From Gammaproteobacteria bacterium (GTDB lineage: Bacteria > Pseudomonadota > Gammaproteobacteria > Eutrophobiales > Eutrophobiaceae): DNA of 64,000 nt. Positions 22,253-32,205 of the stretch are shown piece after piece; the first letter of the stretch is position 1, and the number at the start of each line of letters is the position of its first letter. The stretch is from NCBI GenBank assembly GCA_016193395.1, contig JACPSH010000001.1:15895-79894 (forward strand), given 5' to 3'. The position numbers and the translations under genes are program-made. The notes beneath the pieces were generated by a model, which was given only the letters and a program-made list of their open reading frames with translations, was not told where the DNA came from and made no database searches.

Positions 22253-24170
22253 TCCTTGTAGGCGCCGCGCGTCGGCGGCGCGCGCCCGCACCCCTGATCT
22301 CGTCAACCGCGACGCCGGCTTGCACGTCTCCCGCCGCCGGTGGATCGGCGGCCTCGACGAGCGCATTCAGCTGCCCCGCCGCGACGCTGTAGGGCCAGCC
22401 GGACGCAAACGTCGCGATGGCATCGTCGAATACCTCTGGGAACGAGTGTCCGCCGGGCTCCGGAATGCCCAGCCACGGGCGCGTATCGAAGGTATGGAAC
22501 TCGACATGCGGCTGGCGGCGCGCCGGCTTGTGCAGCACGGAGTTGATGCGAGGATAGATATTCACGTCGAGGAAGACGGCGGCACCGTCCTTCCGCCGTC
22601 GCAGGAAGTCTACGGCGAAGAAGTCGAGACGAAGGGTCCTAGCGATCAGCCGGAGCTGCTCGACCTCCGCGGCCGGCATGTCGAAGGTGGGGAGGATTTT
22701 CGGCCGGTTCCTCAGGCACACGTTCCAATCCCGGCAGGCCAGGGCCTTGCTGGGGCGGACCGCGCCCGCGATGAAGAAGGCGCGGTAGCGCCAGTGGTTT
22801 CCGTGCTTGCCGCGCGAATCCACAAATTCAAAGGCGCGAAATCCCTCTCGCGGCCCGTCGAATGGCACGAGCACTTTTTCGGACATCTGCTGGCCCATAC
22901 GCTTGTAAACGACCTGTGTCCGGCCCAGCTCGGAGTCGGCGAAGGTCGCCCGCGGCACGCTGACGCCAGCCTCCGCCAGGCGCTGAAAGCAGTCCGGCTG
23001 ATGGTAGGCGTCGTAATGATCCGGGTGATTCATGACGCGGGCGCCGGGACGCATTTGCTGGAGCAGCTCGAGAATTTGCAGCCGCCTTGGGTCCCCCAGC
23101 GGATCCTGTGTAAACAGCCAGACGATGTCGGCGGTCTCGATGCCCCGGTTCACGGACGCCGAGCACCGGCGGCTGCGCTCGTTGATCCAGCGTGCCATTA
23201 ACGCCCCGAAGCGCGGCTCGGAATCCTGCTGTTCGAGCAGGCAGATGTGCAGCTCGCGTCGCCGCACCGGGTGCTTCTTCCTCCGGCCCGCCGTGCGGCG
23301 CGGCTGGTCGCGGAGCCGCCGGCAGGCATACAGCGGGTAATACCGGTACCAGTCTTCGCCGGCAAAGGCATGGCGCTTGAATGAGAATCCCGCCTCCGCC
23401 AGCAGCGTTTCCCACTCCGCGCGCGTCAGCAGCATGGTCCGGCCCCCGAAGTAGTAGCGGCGAACGAGCGCTCGCTCCTGCTGCGTCATCGCCCCCGACT
23501 CCACCAGGGCGTCAATCCGCTGGTAAACGACACGGTTGTCCAGTGCGCGGGCGGCCGGATCCCAGACCTGCTCGAAAAAGCCCCACAGCCTCATGCCGAG
23601 GCCGAAGCCAGCCTCGGAGAGCCCGCCGTCCCGGAATCTTGCGATTTGAACTTCGGCTCGACACGCCTCGGGATCGAAGCCGTCGGGAATCAACGCCTGC
23701 CGTAAAATGAGCACGCCGGAATTGGCGAGCGCTTCCGCCGCGGCGTTCAGCAGTTCCGCATGATCCTCCCGTGTCGCAAGGTTTCCGCACACGCCGTCCC
23801 CGAGGATCGCGTCCAGCTGACCCCTGTTGCGCCGCAGCTCCTGCGACCATTCTGCTTGCACGATCCGTTCGCGCCGGGACCACTCCTCGGGCACCCAGTC
23901 CCTGTACAGCGCGATGGCATCGGCGCTGCAGTCGATGCTGAGCAGCGCCGAGGCGACTTCCAGCACCGTGCACCGCAGTTCCGGCGTCATCCCCAGCACG
24001 GCCACGCGCGGCCGCCGGCCTGTGCGCATGGACGTGCCGGCCAACAGGAGATCCCTGTACCCGCGCAGCTCGGTCTCGTTGGGCGAACCCGCCGCAAACC
24101 GCTGTCGCGCGCGGACATCGCAAATGCGCGTCAGCAGCGTCTGGCGATTCCAGTCTTGTTCCCCGTCCAT
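22233..24170 (-). CDS. SAM-methyltransferase-like domain fused to an ATP-grasp-like domain
   Basis: N-terminal [28 protein letters not shown]-terminal [43 protein letters not shown]. Confidence 0.6.
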   Translation of the reverse strand: MDGEQDWNRQTLLTRICDVRARQRFAAGSPNETELRGYRDLLLAGTSMRTGRRPRVAVLGMTPELRCTVLEVASALLSIDCSADAIALYRDWVPEEWSRRERIVQAEWSQELRRNRGQLDAILGDGVCGNLATREDHAELLNAAAEALANSGVLILRQALIPDGFDPEACRAEVQIARFRDGGLSEAGFGLGMRLWGFFEQVWDPAARALDNRVVYQRIDALVESGAMTQQERALVRRYYFGGRTMLLTRAEWETLLAEAGFSFKRHAFAGEDWYRYYPLYACRRLRDQPRRTAGRRKKHPVRRRELHICLLEQQDSEPRFGALMARWINERSRRCSASVNRGIETADIVWLFTQDPLGDPRRLQILELLQQMRPGARVMNHPDHYDAYHQPDCFQRLAEAGVSVPRATFADSELGRTQVVYKRMGQQMSEKVLVPFDGPREGFRAFEFVDSRGKHGNHWRYRAFFIAGAVRPSKALACRDWNVCLRNRPKILPTFDMPAAEVEQLRLIARTLRLDFFAVDFLRRRKDGAAVFLDVNIYPRINSVLHKPARRQPHVEFHTFDTRPWLGIPEPGGHSFPEVFDDAIATFASGWPYSVAAGQLNALVEAADPPAAGDVQAGVAVDEIRGAGARRRRAAPTRIRSSAK

Positions 24171-24236
24171 TCAATCTTTCGGTCCGGCTCGGGTTGAAGG
24201 CCCAGTGCGTGGCGCCTTAGTGATGCGAATTGCTTG

Positions 24237-24256
24237 ATATATGATGTATCATATAT
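24237..24256. promoter_or_regulatory. perfect palindrome, probable XRE operator
   Basis: ATATATGAT-GT-ATCATATAT about 40 bp upstream of the XRE gene. Confidence 0.6.
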
Positions 24257-24297
24257 GGAAATATAGATTCCAAACTGCAGATCAAGGACTCAACGTT

Positions 24298-24543
24298 ATG
24301 CTCTCTGCCGGCCAAATGCGAGCCGCCCGCGCCCTGCTCGGCTGGGATCAGAAGCAGCTCGCGGAAGCGGCCGGCGTGTCGCTGCCCACGGTGCAGCGCA
24401 TGGAAGCGAGCGACGGCAACGTCCGCGGCAACGTGGATACGCTGGTGAAAGTCGTGGAGGCGCTGCGCGCGGCGGGCATCGAGCTTATTGGCCAGGGCGC
24501 CGCCAGCGCCACGGGAGGGCGCGGCGTTCGCCTGCGCAGTTGA
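24298..24543 (+). CDS. XRE-family HTH regulator
   Basis: QMRAARALLGWDQKQLAEAAGVSLPTVQRME; overlaps the hyfB start. Confidence 0.88.
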   Translation: MLSAGQMRAARALLGWDQKQLAEAAGVSLPTVQRMEASDGNVRGNVDTLVKVVEALRAAGIELIGQGAASATGGRGVRLRS

Positions 24544-26597
24544 TCGCCTCCATGTTCGAGTTCTCCCCGGCGATGCTCGTTTACGCGGCGGTATGTTCCA
24601 CGCTGGCCGGCGGCTTCGCGTCGCTGTTCGCGGATCGCTGGCCGGCGGTCCAGAAGTTCCTGGTATTCCCGTTGCTCGGCCTGTCCGGAGTCGTGTCGAT
24701 TGCCGCCTGCCTGGCGGCCCTTTCCGGCGCCCCGGCAGTCACCGACGAACTCGCGCTCGGCCTTCCGTGGCTGCAGTGGCATGTGCGTCTCGATTCGCTG
24801 TCCGGATTTTTCCTGGGCGTGATTGGGTTGATCACGCTGGCGGTCAGCGCGTTCGGACCGGGATACGTGCGCGAATATTCGAACAGCCACTATTCGCTCG
24901 CGCTGCTCGGCGTGATGACGGCGCTGTTCGTCGCCGGGATGCAGCTCGTGGTCGTGGCGGACGATGCCTTCGCCTTCATGGTCGCCTGGGAACTCATGTC
25001 GGTCGCGAGTTATTTCCTGGTGGCCTTCGAGCACGAAGAGGCGGCGAACCGGCGCGCCGCGTTCCTCTACCTGTTGATGGCCCAGGTGGGCGCGATCCTG
25101 ATCCTGCTGTCCTTCGGCGTGCTCGCCGCGCATGGCGGGGATTTCACCTTCGCCGCCATGCGGCACGCTGGACTGACGCCGCTCTGGGCCGCCGCCTCTT
25201 TCGGCCTCGGGCTCCTGGGCTTCGGCATGAAGGCGGGCATCGTGCCATTGCACGTCTGGCTGCCCGAGGCGCACCCGGTCGCCCCCTCGCACATCTCCGC
25301 GCTCATGTCCGGCGTCATGCTCAAGGTCGCGGTCTACGGCTTCATCCGGCTCGTGTTCGATCTGCTCGGCGATCCGCACTGGTCCTGGGGCGTCGTCGTG
25401 CTGGCGGTCGGCAGCGTCACTTCGCTCTATGGCGTGCTTTACGCGCTCGTGCAGCACGACCTGAAGCGCCTGCTGGCCTACCACTCGGTCGAGAACATCG
25501 GGATCATTTATATTGGTCTGGGCCTGGCCCTGATCTTCTTCAGCGCGAACCTGCCCGCGTTCGGCGTGCTGGGCCTGATCGCGGCGCTGTATCACACGTT
25601 GAACCATGCCCTGTTCAAGAGCCTGCTCTTTCTCGGCGCGGGCGCGCTGCTCCAGCACGGCCACGAGCGCGATCTCGAACACATGGGCGGCCTGATCCGG
25701 CGCATGCCGTGGACCGCGCTGTTCTTTCTCATCGGCTGCCTCAGCATCTCGGCGCTGCCACCGTTCAACGGCTTCGTATCCGAGTGGCTCACCTTCCAGA
25801 CGGCCTTGCAGGCCACGACCCTGGAAAGCGGTGTGTTGCGCGCGGTGATCCCGATTTCCGCCGCCGTGCTCGCGCTCAGCGGCGCGCTGGCGGCCACGTG
25901 CTTCGTCAAGGTCTACGGCGTCGCCTTCCTGGGGCAGGCCCGTAGCCGCAAGGTGCGCCATGCCCGCGAGGCATCGCACGGGATGGTGCTGGCGCAGGCG
26001 GTACTCGCCTGTCTGTGTCTGCTCTTTGGCGTGCTGCCGACCACCACGGTCGAGTTCCTGAGCCGAATCAGCGTGGATCTGACCGGTTTCGGCGTTACCG
26101 CGGCGACACGCCAGGGATGGCTGTGGCTCACACCCATTGCCCCTGAAGTCGCGAGCTACAGCGCGCCGCTGGTGCTGCTCGGCGTGCTGCTCGCGCTCGG
26201 CGCGTGGGCCGCCGTGTACTTTTCCTCGCGCAAGCGCCGCCTTGTCCAGCCCTTGCCGCGCCGCGACGCCTGGGACTGCGGTTTTGGCCCGCTGACACCG
26301 CGCATGCAGTATTCGGCGTCCGCCTTCGCCATGCCCATACGCCATATCTTCCGGCCGGCGTGGCGCCTGCATGAGGAAAAAGTACGCGAGATGGATCCGC
26401 AGTTGAGCACGCGCCCGCTGCAATTGCGCTACCTGATGCACGCGGACGACCTGAGCTGGCAATACTTCTATCTCCCGGTGGAGCGCTTCGTGCAGGGCGC
26501 CGCGCGCCGCGTCGGGCGGATCCAGACCGGTCACCTGCGCCACTACCTGGCGTACTCATTTTTCACCCTGATCGCGCTGCTATGGCTGATTACCTGA
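24540..26597 (+). CDS. hyfB: hydrogenase-4 subunit B-like antiporter-type membrane subunit
   Basis: AWELMS, GMKAGIVPLHVWLPEAHPVAPS, KRLLAYHSVENIG, LPPFNGFVSEW. Confidence 0.88.
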   Translation: MIASMFEFSPAMLVYAAVCSTLAGGFASLFADRWPAVQKFLVFPLLGLSGVVSIAACLAALSGAPAVTDELALGLPWLQWHVRLDSLSGFFLGVIGLITLAVSAFGPGYVREYSNSHYSLALLGVMTALFVAGMQLVVVADDAFAFMVAWELMSVASYFLVAFEHEEAANRRAAFLYLLMAQVGAILILLSFGVLAAHGGDFTFAAMRHAGLTPLWAAASFGLGLLGFGMKAGIVPLHVWLPEAHPVAPSHISALMSGVMLKVAVYGFIRLVFDLLGDPHWSWGVVVLAVGSVTSLYGVLYALVQHDLKRLLAYHSVENIGIIYIGLGLALIFFSANLPAFGVLGLIAALYHTLNHALFKSLLFLGAGALLQHGHERDLEHMGGLIRRMPWTALFFLIGCLSISALPPFNGFVSEWLTFQTALQATTLESGVLRAVIPISAAVLALSGALAATCFVKVYGVAFLGQARSRKVRHAREASHGMVLAQAVLACLCLLFGVLPTTTVEFLSRISVDLTGFGVTAATRQGWLWLTPIAPEVASYSAPLVLLGVLLALGAWAAVYFSSRKRRLVQPLPRRDAWDCGFGPLTPRMQYSASAFAMPIRHIFRPAWRLHEEKVREMDPQLSTRPLQLRYLMHADDLSWQYFYLPVERFVQGAARRVGRIQTGHLRHYLAYSFFTLIALLWLIT

Positions 26598-27544
26598 ACC
26601 TGGCCGGCTGGCTGGCCGCCCTGGCACAGACCGTGCTGTTCGTCGCGATCGCGCCGCTGTTCGCCAACTGGGTCAAGCGCGCCAAGTGCACGCTCCAAAA
26701 CCGCCGCCCGCCGCCATGGCTGCAGCCATACCGGGATCTGCGCCGGCTGTTCGGAAAGGAAGTGGTGCTCGCGCATACGGCTTCACACGTGTTCCGCATC
26801 GCTCCTTATATTGTCTTCGGGACCGCCGTGCTCGCGGCCTCCATCATCCCGTTCATCCTTGCCGAAATCCCGTTCGCCGCGATGGCGGACGCCATCGTGC
26901 TGGTCGGCACGCTCGCGCTCGGCAGGTTCTTCCTCGCGCTAGCCGGGCTCGACGTGGGCACGAGCTTCGGCGGGATGGGTTCGTCGCGGGAAATGACCTT
27001 CGCGGCGCTGGCCGAACCCGCGATGCTCATGGTCGTGTTCACTCTGGCGATGCTGGCCTCCAGCACCAACCTCTCCACCGTGGTCGGGTTCTTCCTGGAA
27101 CAGCCCCTGGCGCTGCGGCCGTCGCTCCTGTTCGGCCTCCTCGCGCTGCTCCTGGTCGGGATTGCCGAGACGGGGCGCATCCCGGTGGACAACCCGGCGA
27201 CGCACCTCGAGCTGACCATGATCCACGAGGCCATGATCCTCGAATACACGGGCCGGCATCTCGCGCTCATGGAGTACGCCTCGCAGCTCAAGCTCGCGAT
27301 ATACGCCGTGCTGACCGTCAACCTGTTCCTGCCGTGGGGGATCAGCCGCACGCTGGACCCCGCGTCGGTGGGCATCGCGGTCCTGGCCCTGACTGCCAAG
27401 CTTGCGGTGCTCGGCGCGCTGCTCGCGCTCGCCGAAACCCTCGTCGCGAAGATGCGGCTGTTCCGCGTGCCGACCTTCCTTGCCGTCGCCTTCACCCTGT
27501 CGCTCATCGGCATGCTCAGCTTCATCATGCTGGAGGGCCATTGA
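26582..27544 (+). CDS. hyfC: hydrogenase-4 subunit C / NuoH-like
   Basis: QPYRDL, GTSFGGMGSSRE, ETGRIPVDNPATHLELTMIHEAM. Confidence 0.88.
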   Translation: MADYLNLAGWLAALAQTVLFVAIAPLFANWVKRAKCTLQNRRPPPWLQPYRDLRRLFGKEVVLAHTASHVFRIAPYIVFGTAVLAASIIPFILAEIPFAAMADAIVLVGTLALGRFFLALAGLDVGTSFGGMGSSREMTFAALAEPAMLMVVFTLAMLASSTNLSTVVGFFLEQPLALRPSLLFGLLALLLVGIAETGRIPVDNPATHLELTMIHEAMILEYTGRHLALMEYASQLKLAIYAVLTVNLFLPWGISRTLDPASVGIAVLALTAKLAVLGALLALAETLVAKMRLFRVPTFLAVAFTLSLIGMLSFIMLEGH

Positions 27545-28224
27545 TGACTGCTTATGCCGATCTGCCGCTGATCGAGCAGCTCATCCGCACCTTTGCGGCG
27601 CTGATCCTGGTCAGCTCCTTTGCCCTGCTGGCCCAGGCGCGCGTGGTCGCGGCCATCCAGGTATTCGCCTGGCAGGGTTTTCTGCTGTCCGCCCTGACGG
27701 CGCTGGTCGCCTGGAACTCCGGGCTCCCGCATCTCTACATTTCCGCCGTGCTGAGCCTCGTGCTCAAGGCCTTGTTCATTCCCTGGCTGCTCATCCGCCA
27801 GTCCCGGCGGCTCGGGATCCTGCGCGACTTTGACGCCGTGATCCGGCCGGGGTTGACGCTTATGGCGGCCGGAACGCTGGTCATCTTCTGCTACAACGTC
27901 GTCATACCGGTGCGGGAATTCACGCAGATCGTCACGCGCGACGCCATCGCGGTGAGCCTCGCGCTCGTCATGATTTCGCTGCTCATGCTGATCACGCGCC
28001 GCAAGGCGATCACCCAGGTCGTGGCCTTCATGTCGCTCGAGAACGGACTGTTTTTCGCGGCCGTGACGGCCACCCAGGGCATGCCCATGGTGGTGGAGCT
28101 CGGCATCGCCTTCGACGTGTTGATCGCCGCGGTCATCTTCGGCGTGTTCTTCTTCCACATCCGGGACAGCATTGAAACCCTCGACGTGGACCAGTTGAGC
28201 CGCCTGCGGGAGATGGACGAATGA
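27544..28224 (+). CDS. hyfE: hydrogenase-4 subunit E-like membrane protein
   Basis: RRKAITQVVAFMSLENG, MPMVVELGIAFD. Confidence 0.85.
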   Translation: MTAYADLPLIEQLIRTFAALILVSSFALLAQARVVAAIQVFAWQGFLLSALTALVAWNSGLPHLYISAVLSLVLKALFIPWLLIRQSRRLGILRDFDAVIRPGLTLMAAGTLVIFCYNVVIPVREFTQIVTRDAIAVSLALVMISLLMLITRRKAITQVVAFMSLENGLFFAAVTATQGMPMVVELGIAFDVLIAAVIFGVFFFHIRDSIETLDVDQLSRLREMDE

Positions 28225-29699
28225 TCGCGCTCGTCATTACACTGTCGACGCCTCTCCTGGCCGCGTTGGTTCTTGCGGTGGTGCGCTCCCCGCGGATTGG
28301 CGGCTGGATCAACATCAGCGCGACGGCGGCCGGTTTTGCCGCCGCCACGTGGCTCGCCTGGACGGTGCTCGGGCAGGGCGCCATCCACGGCGATCAGTTC
28401 CAGGTGGATGCCTTCAACGTGTATCTCATTGCGTTGACTTCCCTCGTCGGGCTGTCGACCTCCATCTTTTCGCGCCCGTACATGGAACACGAGCTGGAAC
28501 TGCGCCGCGTGACGCCGCGCCGCATGCGGCTCTACCACGCGAGTTTCCAGGGATTCCTGTTCACGATGCTTTTGTCGCTTTCCACGAACAATCTCGGCGT
28601 GCTCTGGGTCGCGCTCGAGGGCGCCACGCTGGCCACGGTTCTGCTCGTCAGCCTGTATCGCACGCCGGAGTCCATCGAGGCTGCCTGGAAATATTTCATC
28701 CTTTGTGGCGTCGGGATCGCCCAGGCGCTGTTCGGCACGGTGCTGCTGTATTTCGCGGCCGCGCGCGTCGTGCCGGATCCGGAACGGGCGTTGCAATGGT
28801 CGGTGCTGTACGCGCATGCCGGCCAGCTCGAGCCGGTCGTGGTGGCCATTGCATTCATCTTCCTGCTTATCGGTTACGGCACGAAGGTTGGACTCGTGCC
28901 GCTGCACAACTGGCTCCCGGACGCGCACTCCGAAGGCCCAACGCCGATGTCCGCGGTGCTGTCCGGCCTGCTGCTGAACGTCGCCCTGTATGCCGTGGTG
29001 CGCGTCAAGATGATTACGGACGGCGCGCTGGCTGCCGGCGTGGCGCACGATCCACAGCTCGCCGGCCGGTTGATGATGGGGTTCGGGCTCACCTCTTTCC
29101 TGGTCGCCGGTCTGTTCCTGCACCGACAGAAGGACATCAAGCGCCTGTTCAGCTACTCCTCCATAGAGCACATGGGGCTGATGACGTTTGCTTTCGGATT
29201 GGGCGGGCCGCTGGCGACCTTCGGAGCGCTGCTGCACATGACCGTGCATTCGCTGACCAAGTCCGCCATCTTTGTCACGGTGGGGCATGCGAGCCAGATC
29301 GCCGGGACACAGCGCATCGAGCAGATCCGCGGCCTGATCCGCACCCAGCCGCAGGTCGGCTGGGGTCTGCTGATTGGCAGCATCGCCATCGCCGGTTTCC
29401 CGCCTTTCGGCGTGTTCACCAGCGAGTTCCTGCTGCTGACGGCCACCATGAAGAGTTCGCCCTGGCTGACCGTGCCCCTGCTGGCGGGTTTTGCGGTGGC
29501 CTTCTCCGGGCTGTTCCGCCATCTTCAGCCGATGGTGTTCGGCGCATTGCCGGCCGGCCAGAAGCCGATCAACATGAACCCGGTGCCGGTCACGCTGCAC
29601 CTCGCGCTGGTGCTCTGGCTTGGATTGTCGATCCCGCCGTCGCTCGCGCGCTGGTTTGACGATGCGACTCGGCTCATCAGCGGGAGTGGCCTGCTGTGA
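28221..29699 (+). CDS. hyfF: hydrogenase-4 subunit F-like antiporter-type subunit
   Basis: EAAWKYFILCGVG, GYGTKVGLVPLHNWLPDAHSEGP, KRLFSYSSIEHMG. Confidence 0.88.
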   Translation: MIALVITLSTPLLAALVLAVVRSPRIGGWINISATAAGFAAATWLAWTVLGQGAIHGDQFQVDAFNVYLIALTSLVGLSTSIFSRPYMEHELELRRVTPRRMRLYHASFQGFLFTMLLSLSTNNLGVLWVALEGATLATVLLVSLYRTPESIEAAWKYFILCGVGIAQALFGTVLLYFAAARVVPDPERALQWSVLYAHAGQLEPVVVAIAFIFLLIGYGTKVGLVPLHNWLPDAHSEGPTPMSAVLSGLLLNVALYAVVRVKMITDGALAAGVAHDPQLAGRLMMGFGLTSFLVAGLFLHRQKDIKRLFSYSSIEHMGLMTFAFGLGGPLATFGALLHMTVHSLTKSAIFVTVGHASQIAGTQRIEQIRGLIRTQPQVGWGLLIGSIAIAGFPPFGVFTSEFLLLTATMKSSPWLTVPLLAGFAVAFSGLFRHLQPMVFGALPAGQKPINMNPVPVTLHLALVLWLGLSIPPSLARWFDDATRLISGSGLL

Positions 29700-31273
29700 A
29701 ACCGGAAGAAGCCCTGCTGCCGTTTCTGGATGCCTGCCGCCGCAATGGCGTGGAGCCCGCGGCGATCGATTTTGTCGCTCTGGCGCCCGCGTCCATGCTC
29801 GTCGCCCAGCCGGCGCAGTGGCGCGAGCTGGCCTACGCCGCGAAGACGGCCACCATGCGCTGGTGCGCGTTCTGGGCGCAGGAGGCAGTGGGCGGTTTTG
29901 AGGCGTTTTCCTGTTACGAGTGGGGCGGCGAATACCTGGTGATCCGCTGCCGTCTCGCCCGCGACGAAGCGCTGCCGTCCGTGGCGTCGATTTACCCGTC
30001 GGCCGATCGTCCTGAGCGCCACGCGCACGATCTGCTCGGCCTCCACTTCAGCGAGCAGCCGGACCCGCGCCGATGGACCCGCCATCGGGCCTGGGACGAG
30101 CATGAATACCCGCTGCGATCCGATTTCGCTGCGATCCCCGCGAAGCCGACGCCGCCGGATCACGAATATCCGTTCGTCCAGGCCCACGGGGCGGGCGTGG
30201 TCGAGATCCCGGTCGGGCCGGTGCACGCCGGCATCATCGAGCCCGGCCATTTCCGCTTCCAGGCGCTGGGAGAGATCATCCTCAACCTGGAAGAGCACCT
30301 GGGCTACGTGCACAAGGGCGTGGAAAAGATTGCCGTCGGGCGCGATGCCGCGGGACTGGCGCGGCTGGCCGGCAGGGTCTCGGGCGATTCGACCGTGGCG
30401 CACGCCTGGGCCGCCTGCCAGGCGATGGAACGGGCAGCCGGGATCGAAGTGCCGGCGCGCGGCCAGTGGTTGCGCGCGCTGCTGGCCGAGCGCGAACGGA
30501 TCGCCAACCACTTGGGCGACATCGGCGCCATCTGCAATGACGCGGCATTCGCCTTCGCGCAATACCAGTTGACGCGGCTCAAGGAAGACTGGGTGCGCGA
30601 GAGCGGCGCCATTTTCGGCCACCGCCTGCTCATGGATCGGGTGGTGCCCGGCGGCACGGCCGACGATGTCACGGCCGAAAGTGCACGGCGCATGATCGAT
30701 TCGGCGCGCCGGATCGGGCCCGAGGCCGCGGAGATCGTGCGCATCCTGGAAGATTCCGAATCGCTGGAGGACCGGCTCATGCGCACCGGGCGTCTCGATT
30801 CGGAACTCGCCGCGGAGCTGGGCGTGGTCGGTTACGTGGGCAAGGCCTCCGGCCAGCTCTTCGACGTGCGCGCCGATGCCCCGTATGCGCCCTACGACAG
30901 CCTCGAAGTGCGCGTTCCCCATTACCGCGCCGGCGACGTCGCGGCGCGCGCCAAGGTGCGGGCGGAGGAGATCACGATCTCGCTGGAATTGATCGTGAAA
31001 TTGCTCGAGTCGCTTCCTGATGGTCCGCACCGCGCGGAGTGGCGGGCGCCCGATCGGGTCTGCGAAGGGATCGGGATGGTGGAGGGGTGGCGCGGCGAGA
31101 TCCTGGCCTACGTCCGCTTCGATGACTGCGGTCGCATCGCCCGCTTCTTCCCGCGCGATCCAAGCTGGCTCACCTGGCCGGCGCTGGAGCTCTGCGTGCA
31201 GGGCAACATCGTGCCGGATTTCCCCTTGTGCAATAAATCCATCAACGGTTCGTACTCGGGACACGACCTGTGA
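29696..31273 (+). CDS. hydrogenase large-subunit-like protein (NuoC/D fusion, Ehr type, no Ni-binding cysteines)
   Basis: GPVHAGIIEPGHFRF, RVSGDSTVAH in place of RxCGxC, EGWRGE, DFPLCNKS..SYSGHDL. Confidence 0.87.
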   Translation: MKPEEALLPFLDACRRNGVEPAAIDFVALAPASMLVAQPAQWRELAYAAKTATMRWCAFWAQEAVGGFEAFSCYEWGGEYLVIRCRLARDEALPSVASIYPSADRPERHAHDLLGLHFSEQPDPRRWTRHRAWDEHEYPLRSDFAAIPAKPTPPDHEYPFVQAHGAGVVEIPVGPVHAGIIEPGHFRFQALGEIILNLEEHLGYVHKGVEKIAVGRDAAGLARLAGRVSGDSTVAHAWAACQAMERAAGIEVPARGQWLRALLAERERIANHLGDIGAICNDAAFAFAQYQLTRLKEDWVRESGAIFGHRLLMDRVVPGGTADDVTAESARRMIDSARRIGPEAAEIVRILEDSESLEDRLMRTGRLDSELAAELGVVGYVGKASGQLFDVRADAPYAPYDSLEVRVPHYRAGDVAARAKVRAEEITISLELIVKLLESLPDGPHRAEWRAPDRVCEGIGMVEGWRGEILAYVRFDDCGRIARFFPRDPSWLTWPALELCVQGNIVPDFPLCNKSINGSYSGHDL

Positions 31274-31338
31274 GGATACGACTCAAGGCGGCCCGCGGGT
31301 GGCTCGGCCGGATTCATCCCAAGGGGGACAAATGAGAC

Positions 31339-31427
31339 AAATGGGGACAGATTTATTTTCCGGGAAGGAAAATAAATCTGTCCCCATTTTTCCACGGGAA
31401 GGAAAATAAATCTGTCCCCATTTTTCC
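31339..31427. repeat. AT-rich palindromic repeat with a tandem extra arm
   Basis: AAATGGGGACAGATTTATTTTCC and its reverse complement, plus a second copy of the right arm. Confidence 0.75.
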
Positions 31428-31435
31428 GAAAGCGC

Positions 31436-31559
31436 CGTCATTCCGGACACACGAGCGTATGCGAGCGTCGCCCGGAATCCAGTCGAGTCGGAGAGCACTC
31501 GGCGCCGACTGGATTCCGGGTCGCGCCCCGGCTGCCGCCGGGGCTTGCCCGGAATGACG
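31436..31559. repeat. GTCATTCC-type REP-like palindrome
   Basis: CGTCATTCCGG...CCGGAATCCAGT...ACTGGATTCCGG...CCGGAATGACG; related copy at 57258. Confidence 0.75.
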
Positions 31560-31580
31560 ACATAACCAGGTGATCACGAA

Positions 31581-32123
31581 GTGTTGAAGCTGCTCGGCAA
31601 AATCATCCGCATCGGGGTCGTCACCGAGCCGCCGCCGGTCGCTGACGCGGAAGCGATGGAGCGCCTGGGCATCGAGGTACAGCGCGTGCTCGATCGGCGT
31701 TTTTCCGGAAGCCTCGCGATCCGCCACGTCGATGCCGGCTCATGCAACGGCTGCGAGCTCGAGATCCACGCCCTCAACAATCCCTATTACGACGTGGAGC
31801 GTTTCGGCGTCCACTTCGTCGCCTCGCCGCGCCACGCCGACTGCCTGCTGGTCACGGGGCCGGTGTCCAGGAACATGGAGGCCGCCCTGCGCCGCACCTG
31901 GGAGGCCTGCCCGGACCCGAAGCTCGTGATTGCCTCCGGAGATTGCGCCTGCAACGGCGGCGAGTTCGGCGTCTCCTACGCGAGTTGCGGCGCAGTGGAG
32001 AACGTCATTCCCGTGGATGTGCGCATTCCCGGCTGTCCGCCGACGCCGGGGCAGTTGCTCACGGGATTGCTGGCACTGTTCGGAAAGATGGAAGAGGAAA
32101 GGATCGTGGCTCGGGATTCGTAG
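31581..32123 (+). CDS. hydrogenase small-subunit / NuoB-like Fe-S protein (HyfI-like)
   Basis: DAGSCNGCELEI, ASPRHAD, GDCA, IPGCPP. Confidence 0.88.
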   Translation: MLKLLGKIIRIGVVTEPPPVADAEAMERLGIEVQRVLDRRFSGSLAIRHVDAGSCNGCELEIHALNNPYYDVERFGVHFVASPRHADCLLVTGPVSRNMEAALRRTWEACPDPKLVIASGDCACNGGEFGVSYASCGAVENVIPVDVRIPGCPPTPGQLLTGLLALFGKMEEERIVARDS

Positions 32124-32159
32124 CTTGGGGCTCGTGTCCCGAGTCCCGAGTCCCGTTTC
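32104..32159. repeat. inverted heptamer tandem repeats
   Basis: TCGTGGC TCGGGAT TCGTAGC TTGGGGC TCGTGTC CCGAGTC CCGAGTC CCGTTTC. Confidence 0.6.
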
Positions 32160-32205
32160 TCCATATAATTACCTGCCGTCCCCGCGGCCATATCGCGTTT
32201 AAGCA

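Noticed and set aside
31339..31427. CRISPR array
   Set aside because: Only an inverted pair plus one tandem copy, with no spacers and no cas genes.
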